Below, piece after piece: positions 26,855 to 34,900 of a stretch of 64,000 nt of DNA. How positions within the stretch are numbered: the stretch's first letter is position 1; each line of letters starts with the position of its first letter. The notes below the pieces were generated by a model. The model ran no database searches, was not told the origin of the DNA, and worked only from the letters and a program-made list of their open reading frames with translations. The position numbers and the translations under genes were made by a program. This DNA comes from Anaerohalosphaeraceae bacterium (GTDB lineage: Bacteria > Planctomycetota > Phycisphaerae > Sedimentisphaerales > Anaerohalosphaeraceae): positions 148,040 to 212,039 of the forward strand of contig JBBFLK010000002.1 of assembly GCA_037479115.1 (NCBI GenBank), read 5' to 3'.

Positions 26855-27472
26855 CTAAAAGGTTTTCGCCGCTTTACGGGCCTGCTCGAGGGCACGCTGA
26901 ATCGCTTTTTCCGATTCAGCCGGCTCTGCCAGTGTCGGTTCAACCAGAATTGACCCAATCTGTTCAAAACCGATAAACCGGAGGAACAGCTCCACGTATT
27001 TGGTCTGCAAATCAAAGGGACTGTCCGGCGGATAACTGCCTCCGCGGGCATAAATTACCATGGCCGGCTTTCCCCGAACCAGTCCTTCATAGCCATTCTC
27101 CCCAAACCGGAAGGTATACCCCGGCTGCACCAGAATATCGATATATTGCTTCATCCTCCAGGGAATCCCGAAATTCCACATCGGTACAGCAAAAACATAC
27201 TTGTCTGCATTCTTAAAATGCTCGATAACCTTCTCCACTTTATCCCAAACCTGACGCTCCTGTGCCGTGTGCTTTTGGCCGTGCAGAATGGTATATTTGG
27301 CCTGGACCGCCAATCCGTCAAATGACGGAAGTTCGGTTTCAAAAAGATTCAATTTTTCCACAGTATCCGAGGGATGGGACTTTAGGTACGATTCGACAAA
27401 CGCATCCGCAACCTGGATGGATTTCGAACGTTCCTTCCTCGGTGATGCCTGAATGTAAAGAATTCTGCTCAT
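26855..27472 (-). CDS. azoR: FMN-dependent NADH-azoreductase / flavodoxin-like quinone reductase
   Basis: MSRILYIQASPRKERSKS... and PMWNFGIPWRMKQYID, typical of AzoR/AcpD. Confidence 0.85.
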   Translation of the reverse strand: MSRILYIQASPRKERSKSIQVADAFVESYLKSHPSDTVEKLNLFETELPSFDGLAVQAKYTILHGQKHTAQERQVWDKVEKVIEHFKNADKYVFAVPMWNFGIPWRMKQYIDILVQPGYTFRFGENGYEGLVRGKPAMVIYARGGSYPPDSPFDLQTKYVELFLRFIGFEQIGSILVEPTLAEPAESEKAIQRALEQARKAAKTF

Positions 27473-27545
27473 TTCCGGTCTCCTTTCTTTTTTTATCTTT
27501 ACGCTTCGGCCGTTTTGCTGTTCAACCCCCCTTTCCGGAAATTTC

Positions 27546-27577
27546 TTGTAGTCCGACTGTTTTCATTTAGAATGAAA
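27546..27577 (+). promoter_or_regulatory. Candidate mipA promoter with overlapping perfect inverted repeat
   Basis: TTGTAG (27546-27551), 16 nt, TAGAAT (27568-27573). The inverted repeat TTTCATT-tag-AATGAAA (27561-27577) overlaps the -10. Confidence 0.35.
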
Positions 27578-27605
27578 GATTGGAAAAACTATTAAGGAGC
27601 GAACC

Positions 27606-28373
27606 ATGCGGAAAAATTTCTTTCTTATCGTCCTTGTGCTGTCAGCAGTCTCCGCTGCAGAAAAAAACTTCAGCGAATCGGAATCCGTCGGCAAACTCTG
27701 GGCAGGCGGCGGGTTTTTGACTCTCCAAAAACCCTATAAAGGCGTCGAGGCGGAATGCTATGCTCTCCCGCTTCTCATTTATCAGGGCCCCAAATTAACA
27801 TTGTTCGGCCCTGTGGCGACATATTCCCTTTTCGGCGAGGAAAACCGTTGGGCCTTTCAGGGGCTGGCACGTATCCGAATGGAAGGATATAACAACAATG
27901 ACAGCCGATATTTAGACGGCATGTCAGACCGAGACCCCACTGTTGAACTCGGGTTTCGGTACCTTCACGATTTAAATTTTGCCGTGCTGGCACTGGATTT
28001 CAGCCACGACATTTTAGACAAACACAGCGGCTGGGAAAGCCGACTGACTTTGAGAAAGACCTTTCGAGACATACTGGATATTCAATCGCTTAATCTCACT
28101 CCATCTATCGGCGTAAACTGGAGAAACAAACAGTTAAATGACTACTACTATGGTGTGCGGTCCTCTGAATCTGCACCCGGCCGAGATGCCTATAATGTCG
28201 GCGGCTCTCTCGGCTGGCTGACCGGATTGCAGATGAATTATAAACTCTCCGAGAAATGGTCCCTGTTCGGCCTGGCAAACCTCGAATGGCTGGACAATGA
28301 AATCACCGACAGCCCCATTGTAGAAAAAGATTATACCCTCTCCGTGCTCGCCGGTCTGCTTTTTGAATTTTAA
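27606..28373 (+). CDS. mipA: MipA/OmpV family outer-membrane protein
   Basis: Signal peptide, beta-barrel-like alternating pattern, LNDYYYGV motif, C-terminal ...LLFEF. AAGGAG SD. Confidence 0.8.
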   Translation: MRKNFFLIVLVLSAVSAAEKNFSESESVGKLWAGGGFLTLQKPYKGVEAECYALPLLIYQGPKLTLFGPVATYSLFGEENRWAFQGLARIRMEGYNNNDSRYLDGMSDRDPTVELGFRYLHDLNFAVLALDFSHDILDKHSGWESRLTLRKTFRDILDIQSLNLTPSIGVNWRNKQLNDYYYGVRSSESAPGRDAYNVGGSLGWLTGLQMNYKLSEKWSLFGLANLEWLDNEITDSPIVEKDYTLSVLAGLLFEF

Positions 28374-29441
28374 TCAGACATTAAACCGGAAGCAGATGAT
28401 GTCGCCGTCCTGAACGACGTAGGTTTTGCCTTCGAGACGCATCCGTCCGGCGGCTTTGACGGCTTTCTCATCCCCGAGCCGGCGCAAATCCTCATATGAC
28501 ATCGTCTCGGCCCGGATAAAGCCCCGCTGAATATCGCTGTGGACCTTGCCGGCCGCCTCGTGAGCAATCGTCCCCGCCCGAATCGGCCAGGCACGCACCT
28601 CGTCCTTGCCGACCGTCAGAAAGCTGATCAGCCCCAGCGTTCGATAACAGCTTTGCACAAACTGCGCCGAGGCAGGCTTGGTAATCCCCAAATCCTTCAT
28701 AAACTCCGCCCGGCTTTCCGCATCCAGCTGCGCCAGTTCACTTTCAATCTCCGCCGACAGGCAAATCACCTCCGCCCCGTCCGCCGCCGCTCCCAAATCC
28801 ATCGTTTGCCCCAGCTGCTTTTCGCCGACGTTGACTACAATCATCATCGGACGCAGGGTCAAAAACCCCAGCGGCTTAATCAGCTCCAGCTCCTGGGCAT
28901 TCAGAGCCGCCTGGCGGAGCGGCTTTTCCGATTCGAGAATCTGCTGGAGTTTGCGCTGAAGGACCAGCTCCTCCTTATCCCGGGCCTGGGTCTTGGTGGG
29001 CTTGTGCATCTGCTTTTCCAGACGCTCAATCCGGTTGGTCACCAGCTCCAAATCAGCCAGCAGCATCTCGGTCTTCAGCTCCTCCAAATCCTTGCGCGGG
29101 TCAATTCGGTTCCGATACGCCGGCACAGAATCATTCTCAAACGCACGAAGAACGGCCACAAACAAATCCACCGTCCGCAGCTGTCCAAACAGTTTGCGGG
29201 CGGCGGCCCGTCCGTGCTCATCCGTAAAATTCAGCCCCGGAAGGTCCAGACAGTCTATCGTCGCATGCACCGTCTTGGCGGGTTTGTATAACTCCGTCAG
29301 CCAGTCCAGCCGCTCATCCGGCACCGGCACCATCACCTCGTGAATCTCCGGGGCCCCCGGCGGAACGGGCGGTTTGCCGCTGACGGCGGAAACCAATGTG
29401 CTCTTGCCCGACTGAAGCATCCCGATGACTGCTGCTTTCAT
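28374..29441 (-). CDS. ychF: YchF/OLA1-type Obg-like ATPase
   Basis: P-loop GMLQSGKST. Central coiled-coil insert. C-terminal TGS-like region FIRAETMSYEDL...GKTYVVQDGDIICFRFNV. Confidence 0.85.
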   Translation of the reverse strand: MKAAVIGMLQSGKSTLVSAVSGKPPVPPGAPEIHEVMVPVPDERLDWLTELYKPAKTVHATIDCLDLPGLNFTDEHGRAAARKLFGQLRTVDLFVAVLRAFENDSVPAYRNRIDPRKDLEELKTEMLLADLELVTNRIERLEKQMHKPTKTQARDKEELVLQRKLQQILESEKPLRQAALNAQELELIKPLGFLTLRPMMIVVNVGEKQLGQTMDLGAAADGAEVICLSAEIESELAQLDAESRAEFMKDLGITKPASAQFVQSCYRTLGLISFLTVGKDEVRAWPIRAGTIAHEAAGKVHSDIQRGFIRAETMSYEDLRRLGDEKAVKAAGRMRLEGKTYVVQDGDIICFRFNV

Positions 29442-29992
29442 TCTTCACATCCTCGCGGATAAACACTGTTTCCAAAACAATCATACGCCACTACGGCCGG
29501 AAAATCCTCCAGCACCAGCTCCCGAACCGCCTCCGGCCCCAGTTCCTCATAGGCAACAACCCGGCTGGCGGTAATATGCCTGGACAGGAGCGCCCCAAAG
29601 CCGCCCATCGCCGAAAAATGAACCGCCCGATACTGCCGGAGGGCCTGCTGAACCTCTTTGGAACGGTATCCCTTCCCAATCGTCCCCTTCAACCCGGCCT
29701 GAAAGAGAGCCGGCGCAAAGGCATCCATTCGGGCCGATGTGGTCGGACCGGCCGAGCCGATTACACGCCCCGGCGCCGCCGGCGTCGGTCCCACATAGTA
29801 GATCACCGCCCCTTTCAGGTCAAACGGAAGCGGCTGTCCGGCTTCCAAAAGGGCACACAGACGCCGATGCGCCTGGTCGCGGGCCGCATAGACAACCCCG
29901 TTCAGACGCACCCAGTCTCCGGCCCGAAGCCGGCTGATTTGCTCGTCTTTGAGAGGGGTCTGGATTCTTGTTTCTGATAAAGGACTCATCAC
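29438..29992 (-). CDS. Class I (Fe-S) fumarate/tartrate hydro-lyase, beta subunit only
   Basis: 184 aa. GVVYAARDQAHRRL...IYYVGPTPAAPGRVIGSAGPTTSARMD matches the Fumerase_C domain. The stop overlaps the ychF ATG (ATGA). The start is GTG 29992 or ATG 29989. Confidence 0.8.
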   Translation of the reverse strand: MMSPLSETRIQTPLKDEQISRLRAGDWVRLNGVVYAARDQAHRRLCALLEAGQPLPFDLKGAVIYYVGPTPAAPGRVIGSAGPTTSARMDAFAPALFQAGLKGTIGKGYRSKEVQQALRQYRAVHFSAMGGFGALLSRHITASRVVAYEELGPEAVRELVLEDFPAVVAYDCFGNSVYPRGCEE

Positions 29993-30082
29993 CGCTTATT
30001 ATAGAGATGCAAAGACGATTTTCGACAAAATTTCTTCCCCGGAAATCCGAACTTGAACCCCTTTTTTCTTTTGGAAAAAAGA

Positions 30083-30112
30083 TTGCGGTCGGATATCCGG
30101 AAAAGATATAAT
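30083..30112 (+). promoter_or_regulatory. Candidate promoter giving a leaderless sirC mRNA
   Basis: TTGCGG (30083-30088), 18 nt, TATAAT (30107-30112), 6 nt, then ATG (30119). Confidence 0.45.
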
Positions 30113-30118
30113 AAAGCT

Positions 30119-30757
30119 ATGGCCAAATACCCGATTTTTCTGGAAATGGCCGGCCGGCGGGCTGTGGTTATCGGCGGCGGCCCTGTAGCCCTTCGAAAAG
30201 TTCAGGGGCTCGCAGAGGCGGGAGCTCGTGTTACCGTGGTTGCCGAACATATCCTGCCGGAAATCGAGGAAGCCCTCGTCCAGCTGAACGCGGAAATCAT
30301 CCTCAGCCGGTATCACAAGGATTTTCTTGTCTCCGCCGCCCTGGTGATTGCCGCCACCAACAATCCCGACCTGAACCGCCGCATCTATGAAGACTGCCAG
30401 GAACTGGAAATCCTCTGTAATGTGGTGGATCAGCCGGAGCTGTGCGACTTCTTTGTGCCGGCCGTGGTCAAACGCGGCGACCTGCAGATTGCCATCGGAA
30501 CCGAAGGACACTGTCCGGCCTACGCCGGTCATCTCCGGCAGAAATTAGAGGAAATTTTTACGGATACACACGGTCATTTTGTGGACGAACTGGCCAAAGT
30601 CCGCTCCCGCATCATCGAAACCATTCCCGACAGCGACCAGCGGAAAGCCCTGCTGGGCAGACTGGCCAGCGACGAATCGTTTCACTATTTCGCAGAACAC
30701 GGACCGGAAGGATGGCGCCGCCACTGCGACGAAATGATCCGTCAGTGCTCCGCCTAA
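30119..30757 (+). CDS. sirC: Precorrin-2 dehydrogenase / sirohydrochlorin ferrochelatase (SirC/Met8/CysG-N-like)
   Basis: MAKYPIFLEMAGRRAVVIGGGPVALRKV (Rossmann GGGxxA), 212 aa. The track ORF begins earlier, at 30053. Confidence 0.82.
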   Translation: MAKYPIFLEMAGRRAVVIGGGPVALRKVQGLAEAGARVTVVAEHILPEIEEALVQLNAEIILSRYHKDFLVSAALVIAATNNPDLNRRIYEDCQELEILCNVVDQPELCDFFVPAVVKRGDLQIAIGTEGHCPAYAGHLRQKLEEIFTDTHGHFVDELAKVRSRIIETIPDSDQRKALLGRLASDESFHYFAEHGPEGWRRHCDEMIRQCSA

Positions 30758-30784
30758 TCGGACGGCGAAAAAAGAGGACAGGCA

Positions 30785-31246
30785 ATGAATCTGTACCTGA
30801 TTCAGCACGCCCAGGCCTTCCCGAAAGAGCAGTATGCAGACCGCCCCCTCACAGAGGAAGGATACTGGCAGGCCCAGCAGACCGCAGAGTTTGTAAAACG
30901 GCTGGGCATCTCCGTCGGAGCCGTCTGGCACAGCGGAAAGACCCGGGCCCTCCAGACGGCGAAACTCTTTCACGCCGCTGTAAAGGGACCCTGCCCCCTG
31001 GACAAGCACGAAGGGCTTTCTCCCGAGGATGACCCGGAGCCGATTGCCGAGGAAATTGAAAAAGCCCAGACAGACCTGATGATTGTCGGACACCTGCCGT
31101 TTTTGTCGCGACTGGCCGGTTTGCTGCTCTGCGGCAGTGCAGACGCCGAACCTGTGCTCTTCGAAAAGGCCGGTGTGGTCTGTCTGCGGCGAAATGACGA
31201 CGGCCTCTGGCAGCTAAACTGGCTCGTCAAACCGGATATTTTATAA
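30785..31246 (+). CDS. sixA: SixA-like phosphohistidine phosphatase (histidine phosphatase superfamily)
   Basis: By my recollection it aligns with E. coli SixA: LYLIQHAQA...RPLTEEG...SGKTRALQTA...VGHLPFLSRL. The usual RHG motif reads QHA here. Confidence 0.7.
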   Translation: MNLYLIQHAQAFPKEQYADRPLTEEGYWQAQQTAEFVKRLGISVGAVWHSGKTRALQTAKLFHAAVKGPCPLDKHEGLSPEDDPEPIAEEIEKAQTDLMIVGHLPFLSRLAGLLLCGSADAEPVLFEKAGVVCLRRNDDGLWQLNWLVKPDIL

Positions 31247-32902
31247 ATCCGTTTGCCGCTCTGACAGTGCAGGACCAACCGGAGACTCCGACTCCTCCAA
31301 CGGCTCTATCAGGCACCAATCCGGCGATTCCAGCCCCTTGAAATCCCAGCCCGCCCGACAGACATGACAGGTCATCTGGTCCGGCCGCCGCAGGGAACCG
31401 CAATTCAGACAAGTAACCTCTTTTTCTCTGGGCCGCACCAGATGGAATGTAATCCATGCAGGGACCCCGAACAATATTCCTAACGCAAACCATCCACGCG
31501 CAGCCCGGGACGAGCCGCCGAGCGAAAGGGACTTCCTGCGGAGGCAAAGCCCGACCCCAAGACCCACCAAAAGCGAGGGCAGGAGCATCAAAAAGGCCCA
31601 AAAAAACTGCGCAGGAAGACCCATCTGCCGACACCTTCGAAGAATCCCGATAAAACTGTGAGGACGGAGAAACAACGCCCTCATACCGGCCCGCGGCTCG
31701 ATTGCCTCCGCACACAGAAATGACAAACCGTGAAAAACCGCCGGCTGCAGCGAATCGGCAAAAAAGCGGGCGGTTATCGCCAGCGCTCCGTCCCCCCGTT
31801 CGAAAAGTTTGCTCAACAGTACCTCTTGATAATATCCTGAAACAGAATTCGCCGCAGGGGAACGAAACATATCATAACCCGTCATCTGCCCCTGGGCATC
31901 AAAACACTCGACAGCCAAACCGACCCCTTCGGGAGCTGCGGAGGCGGCACAGCAGCCATAATAGACCAGCTGGCCGTTTTTCTCGCGGCACACAGGATAC
32001 ACCCGATATGCAGATAATTTTTCCGGTCGGCCCTCTGTCCGAGAGCCGAACAGACCGACCGGAGCAGGCAAACGTCCGGCAGGACCTTCTATGCAGAGAC
32101 TTTCTTTATTCAGACGCAGGATTTGTCCGTCTGCATCCAGCACAAGCAGCCAGGGCCCCGCCGTATCCAAACGAAAATCAGAAGGAACTGTTTCCCACCA
32201 GCGTCCCGCATAACCGCCGGTTTGTCCTGTCTTCGGCGGCCTCCATCGACGGGCTTCCTGGACAACAACATCAATTTCTCTTCCCTTCTGCAATGAACCA
32301 AACTGAATCGGCTCTATGGAATCTCCCAGAACGGGACCGGCCGAAAACCGCGGTTCCATTCCGCACAAATCTAAATGGAAAAACTGCCGCAGCTGTCTGT
32401 CATAGATAAAAAGCTTTCCCTCCTGTTCGTCTTTATAGAGGAACGGATCACGAAATCGCCCGAGCGATTCTTTCTTTACAGGGCTTATGCCCCCAGGACC
32501 TAAATAATGTGCCGCCCCCTTCTGCCGACGGAGAGTCCCCTCATAGTATTTCCATTCAAACAGACCGCTTTCCGCATCATACTGGAAAACATCCCATCCG
32601 GTTGAAATTTTCCCAATCACCGAACGCCGGGCATCCGACATAGGGGCCCATGCCGGCTCTCCCAATACACTCGCGGGAAGGCCGCTTCCCAAAGAAACCA
32701 AAAGAGAACAGGGGAAAAAATTCGGATCATTTTTTCTATCCATACCTTCCAACATAACCCAAACGGCCTCAATACGGCGAAAATTTGCAGAAGCAATGCC
32801 CTTTCGGCAAAACCAATCCGCCCAGAAGAGAAGGATGGCCCAGAAGAGAAGAACCAGAAAGCCCGTCGTAAAAATCTTCAAACCATTTCCAGTACGTGCC
32901 AT
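31241..32902 (-). CDS. Large membrane protein with C-terminal cytoplasmic zinc ribbon (function unknown; auxiliary component of the adjacent ABC module?)
   Basis: 553 aa. N-terminal TM (FTTGFLVLLFWAILLFWADWF), a ~380-aa soluble region, C-terminal TMs, then CLNCGSLRRPDQMTCHVC. AAGGAGAGGG SD, 11 nt after the upstream stop. Confidence 0.7.
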   Translation of the reverse strand: MARTGNGLKIFTTGFLVLLFWAILLFWADWFCRKGIASANFRRIEAVWVMLEGMDRKNDPNFFPCSLLVSLGSGLPASVLGEPAWAPMSDARRSVIGKISTGWDVFQYDAESGLFEWKYYEGTLRRQKGAAHYLGPGGISPVKKESLGRFRDPFLYKDEQEGKLFIYDRQLRQFFHLDLCGMEPRFSAGPVLGDSIEPIQFGSLQKGREIDVVVQEARRWRPPKTGQTGGYAGRWWETVPSDFRLDTAGPWLLVLDADGQILRLNKESLCIEGPAGRLPAPVGLFGSRTEGRPEKLSAYRVYPVCREKNGQLVYYGCCAASAAPEGVGLAVECFDAQGQMTGYDMFRSPAANSVSGYYQEVLLSKLFERGDGALAITARFFADSLQPAVFHGLSFLCAEAIEPRAGMRALFLRPHSFIGILRRCRQMGLPAQFFWAFLMLLPSLLVGLGVGLCLRRKSLSLGGSSRAARGWFALGILFGVPAWITFHLVRPREKEVTCLNCGSLRRPDQMTCHVCRAGWDFKGLESPDWCLIEPLEESESPVGPALSERQTDL

Positions 32903-32913
32903 AAACCCTCTCC

Positions 32914-33540
32914 TTACAGAGAAGAAGTTCGATAGATTTCCCAGCCCAGAAGCACGGCGGAAACCGTCGCCGTCAAAAAGAGAATCTGAACCTGAACGTC
33001 AAATCCCTTGATGCTCAGCAAACTGAGCAGAATGATAACCAGCCCCAGCGTCCCGAGTGTCGGAAAGACCCGGCTGGACATCCAGCCCGCCGCCAGCCCG
33101 ATTCCATAACAGGCCGTCCCCGCCAAAAAACCGGAAATCAACGAGGAAATCAGATCATCCCGAAAGGCCTCATTAAAAAACGCAAAGTCCCTGAACAGAA
33201 TCATCGAAACAGTGCCCAGGCCTGCTGTAAAAAAGAGGTTCGGAATAAGACCGGCCGCAACCCGAGCCGCAAAAACCTGCCGACGGACCGCCCCTCGACC
33301 CAGCAGGAAAGCCGACAGGCGGCGCATCCGATCAAAATACATCTGCGAAACGCCCAGAACTGCTAATCCCACACACAGAAACGGGTACGGGTACACAACC
33401 CCCCCTTTCAGACGAAGGGCCTCTTCCGTCCCCCGAAAAGCCGCAGAGACGAGCAAAAGAACTGCACCGCCCCATAACAGCAGAAACACCAGATAAAACA
33501 CCCACATATCTTCGATTTCTCTTCGTATCAGCGTCCACAT
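32914..33540 (-). CDS. Polytopic membrane protein, probable ABC-2-type permease component
   Basis: 208 aa with ~6 hydrophobic helices. Located directly downstream of the ABC ATPase. Confidence 0.65.
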   Translation of the reverse strand: MWTLIRREIEDMWVFYLVFLLLWGGAVLLLVSAAFRGTEEALRLKGGVVYPYPFLCVGLAVLGVSQMYFDRMRRLSAFLLGRGAVRRQVFAARVAAGLIPNLFFTAGLGTVSMILFRDFAFFNEAFRDDLISSLISGFLAGTACYGIGLAAGWMSSRVFPTLGTLGLVIILLSLLSIKGFDVQVQILFLTATVSAVLLGWEIYRTSSL

Positions 33541-33559
33541 AATTGCCCTCTCCTTTCTG

Positions 33560-34468
33560 CTAAACCATCTGATAGACCGGCTCCGTTCTTGTGCATTCCA
33601 GAAAGATTTCTTCCAGATTCATCGGAATTTCCACAATCTCCTGCGGCTGCAGCGACTGAACCATTTTCATTTTCAGCGGATTCCAGTTGGCGGCCGTGAA
33701 GACCAGCTCTCGTCCCTCTTTGTGCTGGCGGATTAATTCCGTCAGATAAAGCCGCTCGGGCGCCTGGTCAGAAAAAATCACACGAAATTTTCGGATTCCG
33801 TTTTTCAGCCCCTCGAGGGTGCAGTCCGCCGCCAGCCATCCGTTCACCAATATCCCGATCCGATCCGCAATGCGTTCCACATCGCTGAGAATATGCGAAC
33901 TGAACAGAATCGTCCGCCCCTGACGCTGAATAACATCAATCGCCAATTCAAGAAACTGCCTCCGGACAACCGTATCCAGCCCGAGGGTCGGGTCGTCCAG
34001 AATCAGCAGCTCCGGTTCTGCCGCCATGGCCAACGTCAAATCCAGCTGAGCCCTCATTCCGGCGGAAAGGTCTTTGACCTTCCGATTCATCGGCAGATTG
34101 AATAAACCCGCCAACTCCTCAAAAAGACTCTGATTCCAGCGTCCGGCTAACCCCCTGCACAGGGCAGCCAGACGGCCCGCCGTGTATGTCCCGATTAAAG
34201 GATGTCCTTCTGCCGTATACCCGATTCGTGTTTTGGTCTTTCTGGAAAGCATCTGCGAATCCTGCCCGAAAAGAAAGGCCCTTCCGCGGGTCGGGCTTTC
34301 CAAACCGAGTAAAATCCGTATCAGCGTAGTTTTGCCGGCACCGTTTCGCCCCAAAAGACCGTAAATACATCCCTGAGGAATTTTCAAAGTCACTCCCTTC
34401 AGAACTGCCCGGCCGTCATAATACTTCACCAACCCCTCCGTCTGCACAATAAAGGTGTCCATTTTCAT
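33560..34468 (-). CDS. ABC transporter ATP-binding protein (ABC-2/YtrB-type)
   Basis: Walker A GRNGAGKTT, signature LSAGMRAQL, Walker B LLILDDPT. The ATG overlaps the GntR stop (ATGA). Confidence 0.9.
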   Translation of the reverse strand: MKMDTFIVQTEGLVKYYDGRAVLKGVTLKIPQGCIYGLLGRNGAGKTTLIRILLGLESPTRGRAFLFGQDSQMLSRKTKTRIGYTAEGHPLIGTYTAGRLAALCRGLAGRWNQSLFEELAGLFNLPMNRKVKDLSAGMRAQLDLTLAMAAEPELLILDDPTLGLDTVVRRQFLELAIDVIQRQGRTILFSSHILSDVERIADRIGILVNGWLAADCTLEGLKNGIRKFRVIFSDQAPERLYLTELIRQHKEGRELVFTAANWNPLKMKMVQSLQPQEIVEIPMNLEEIFLECTRTEPVYQMV

Positions 34469-34860
34469 CTCCTTTGTGTATCGATATTGTAGCTTTTTAA
34501 GGTTTCTTCAAACCACTCCTTCAAAAGTTCTGGAGCCACCTTAAGAAGGACGGCCTCGACTACCGCTTGTTTCAGAAAATTGCAGACAATTTCCTTCTTG
34601 GCCGAGTCGCTCAGCCGAGAGAAGATTTCGGACACAAAAGAACCCCCGCCCGGTCTGGTATTTATGAGCCCTTCCTGCTCCAGATATTTATAGGCCTTCG
34701 CAATCGTGTTCGGATTGATAACAAGCTGCACAGCCAGCTGGCGGATTGTCGGCAGCTGTTCACCCGGAAGAAGACGTCCGGAAGCAATCTCCTGCTTGAT
34801 TTGGTCGATTATCTGCTGATAAACCGGCCGTTCAGAATTGGAAACAATTGTGATCTGCAA
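34465..34860 (-). CDS. GntR-family transcriptional regulator, short YtrA subfamily
   Basis: 131 aa. PVYQQIIDQIKQEIASGRLLPGEQLPTIRQLAVQLVINPNTIAKAYKYLEQEGLI (winged HTH) plus a short C-terminus. TTG start with an AAAGGAAG SD. Confidence 0.88.
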   Translation of the reverse strand: MQITIVSNSERPVYQQIIDQIKQEIASGRLLPGEQLPTIRQLAVQLVINPNTIAKAYKYLEQEGLINTRPGGGSFVSEIFSRLSDSAKKEIVCNFLKQAVVEAVLLKVAPELLKEWFEETLKSYNIDTQRR

Positions 34861-34873
34861 AATGCTTCCTTTC

Positions 34874-34900
34874 TTGTTGTACTATTACAACTATTACAAG
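34874..34900. promoter_or_regulatory. Candidate GntR (YtrA-type) operator
   Basis: TTGTTGTACTATTACAACTATTACAAG. It contains the palindrome GTTGTA-ctat-TACAAC and a tandem CTATTACAA x2. It lies between a TTGCAG-17-TAAACT promoter-like pair (minus strand) and the start codon. Confidence 0.45.

Noticed and set aside
29999-30532. 177-aa minus-strand ORF opposite sirC
   Set aside because: It is antisense to the SirC Rossmann-fold frame and has no motifs or SD.
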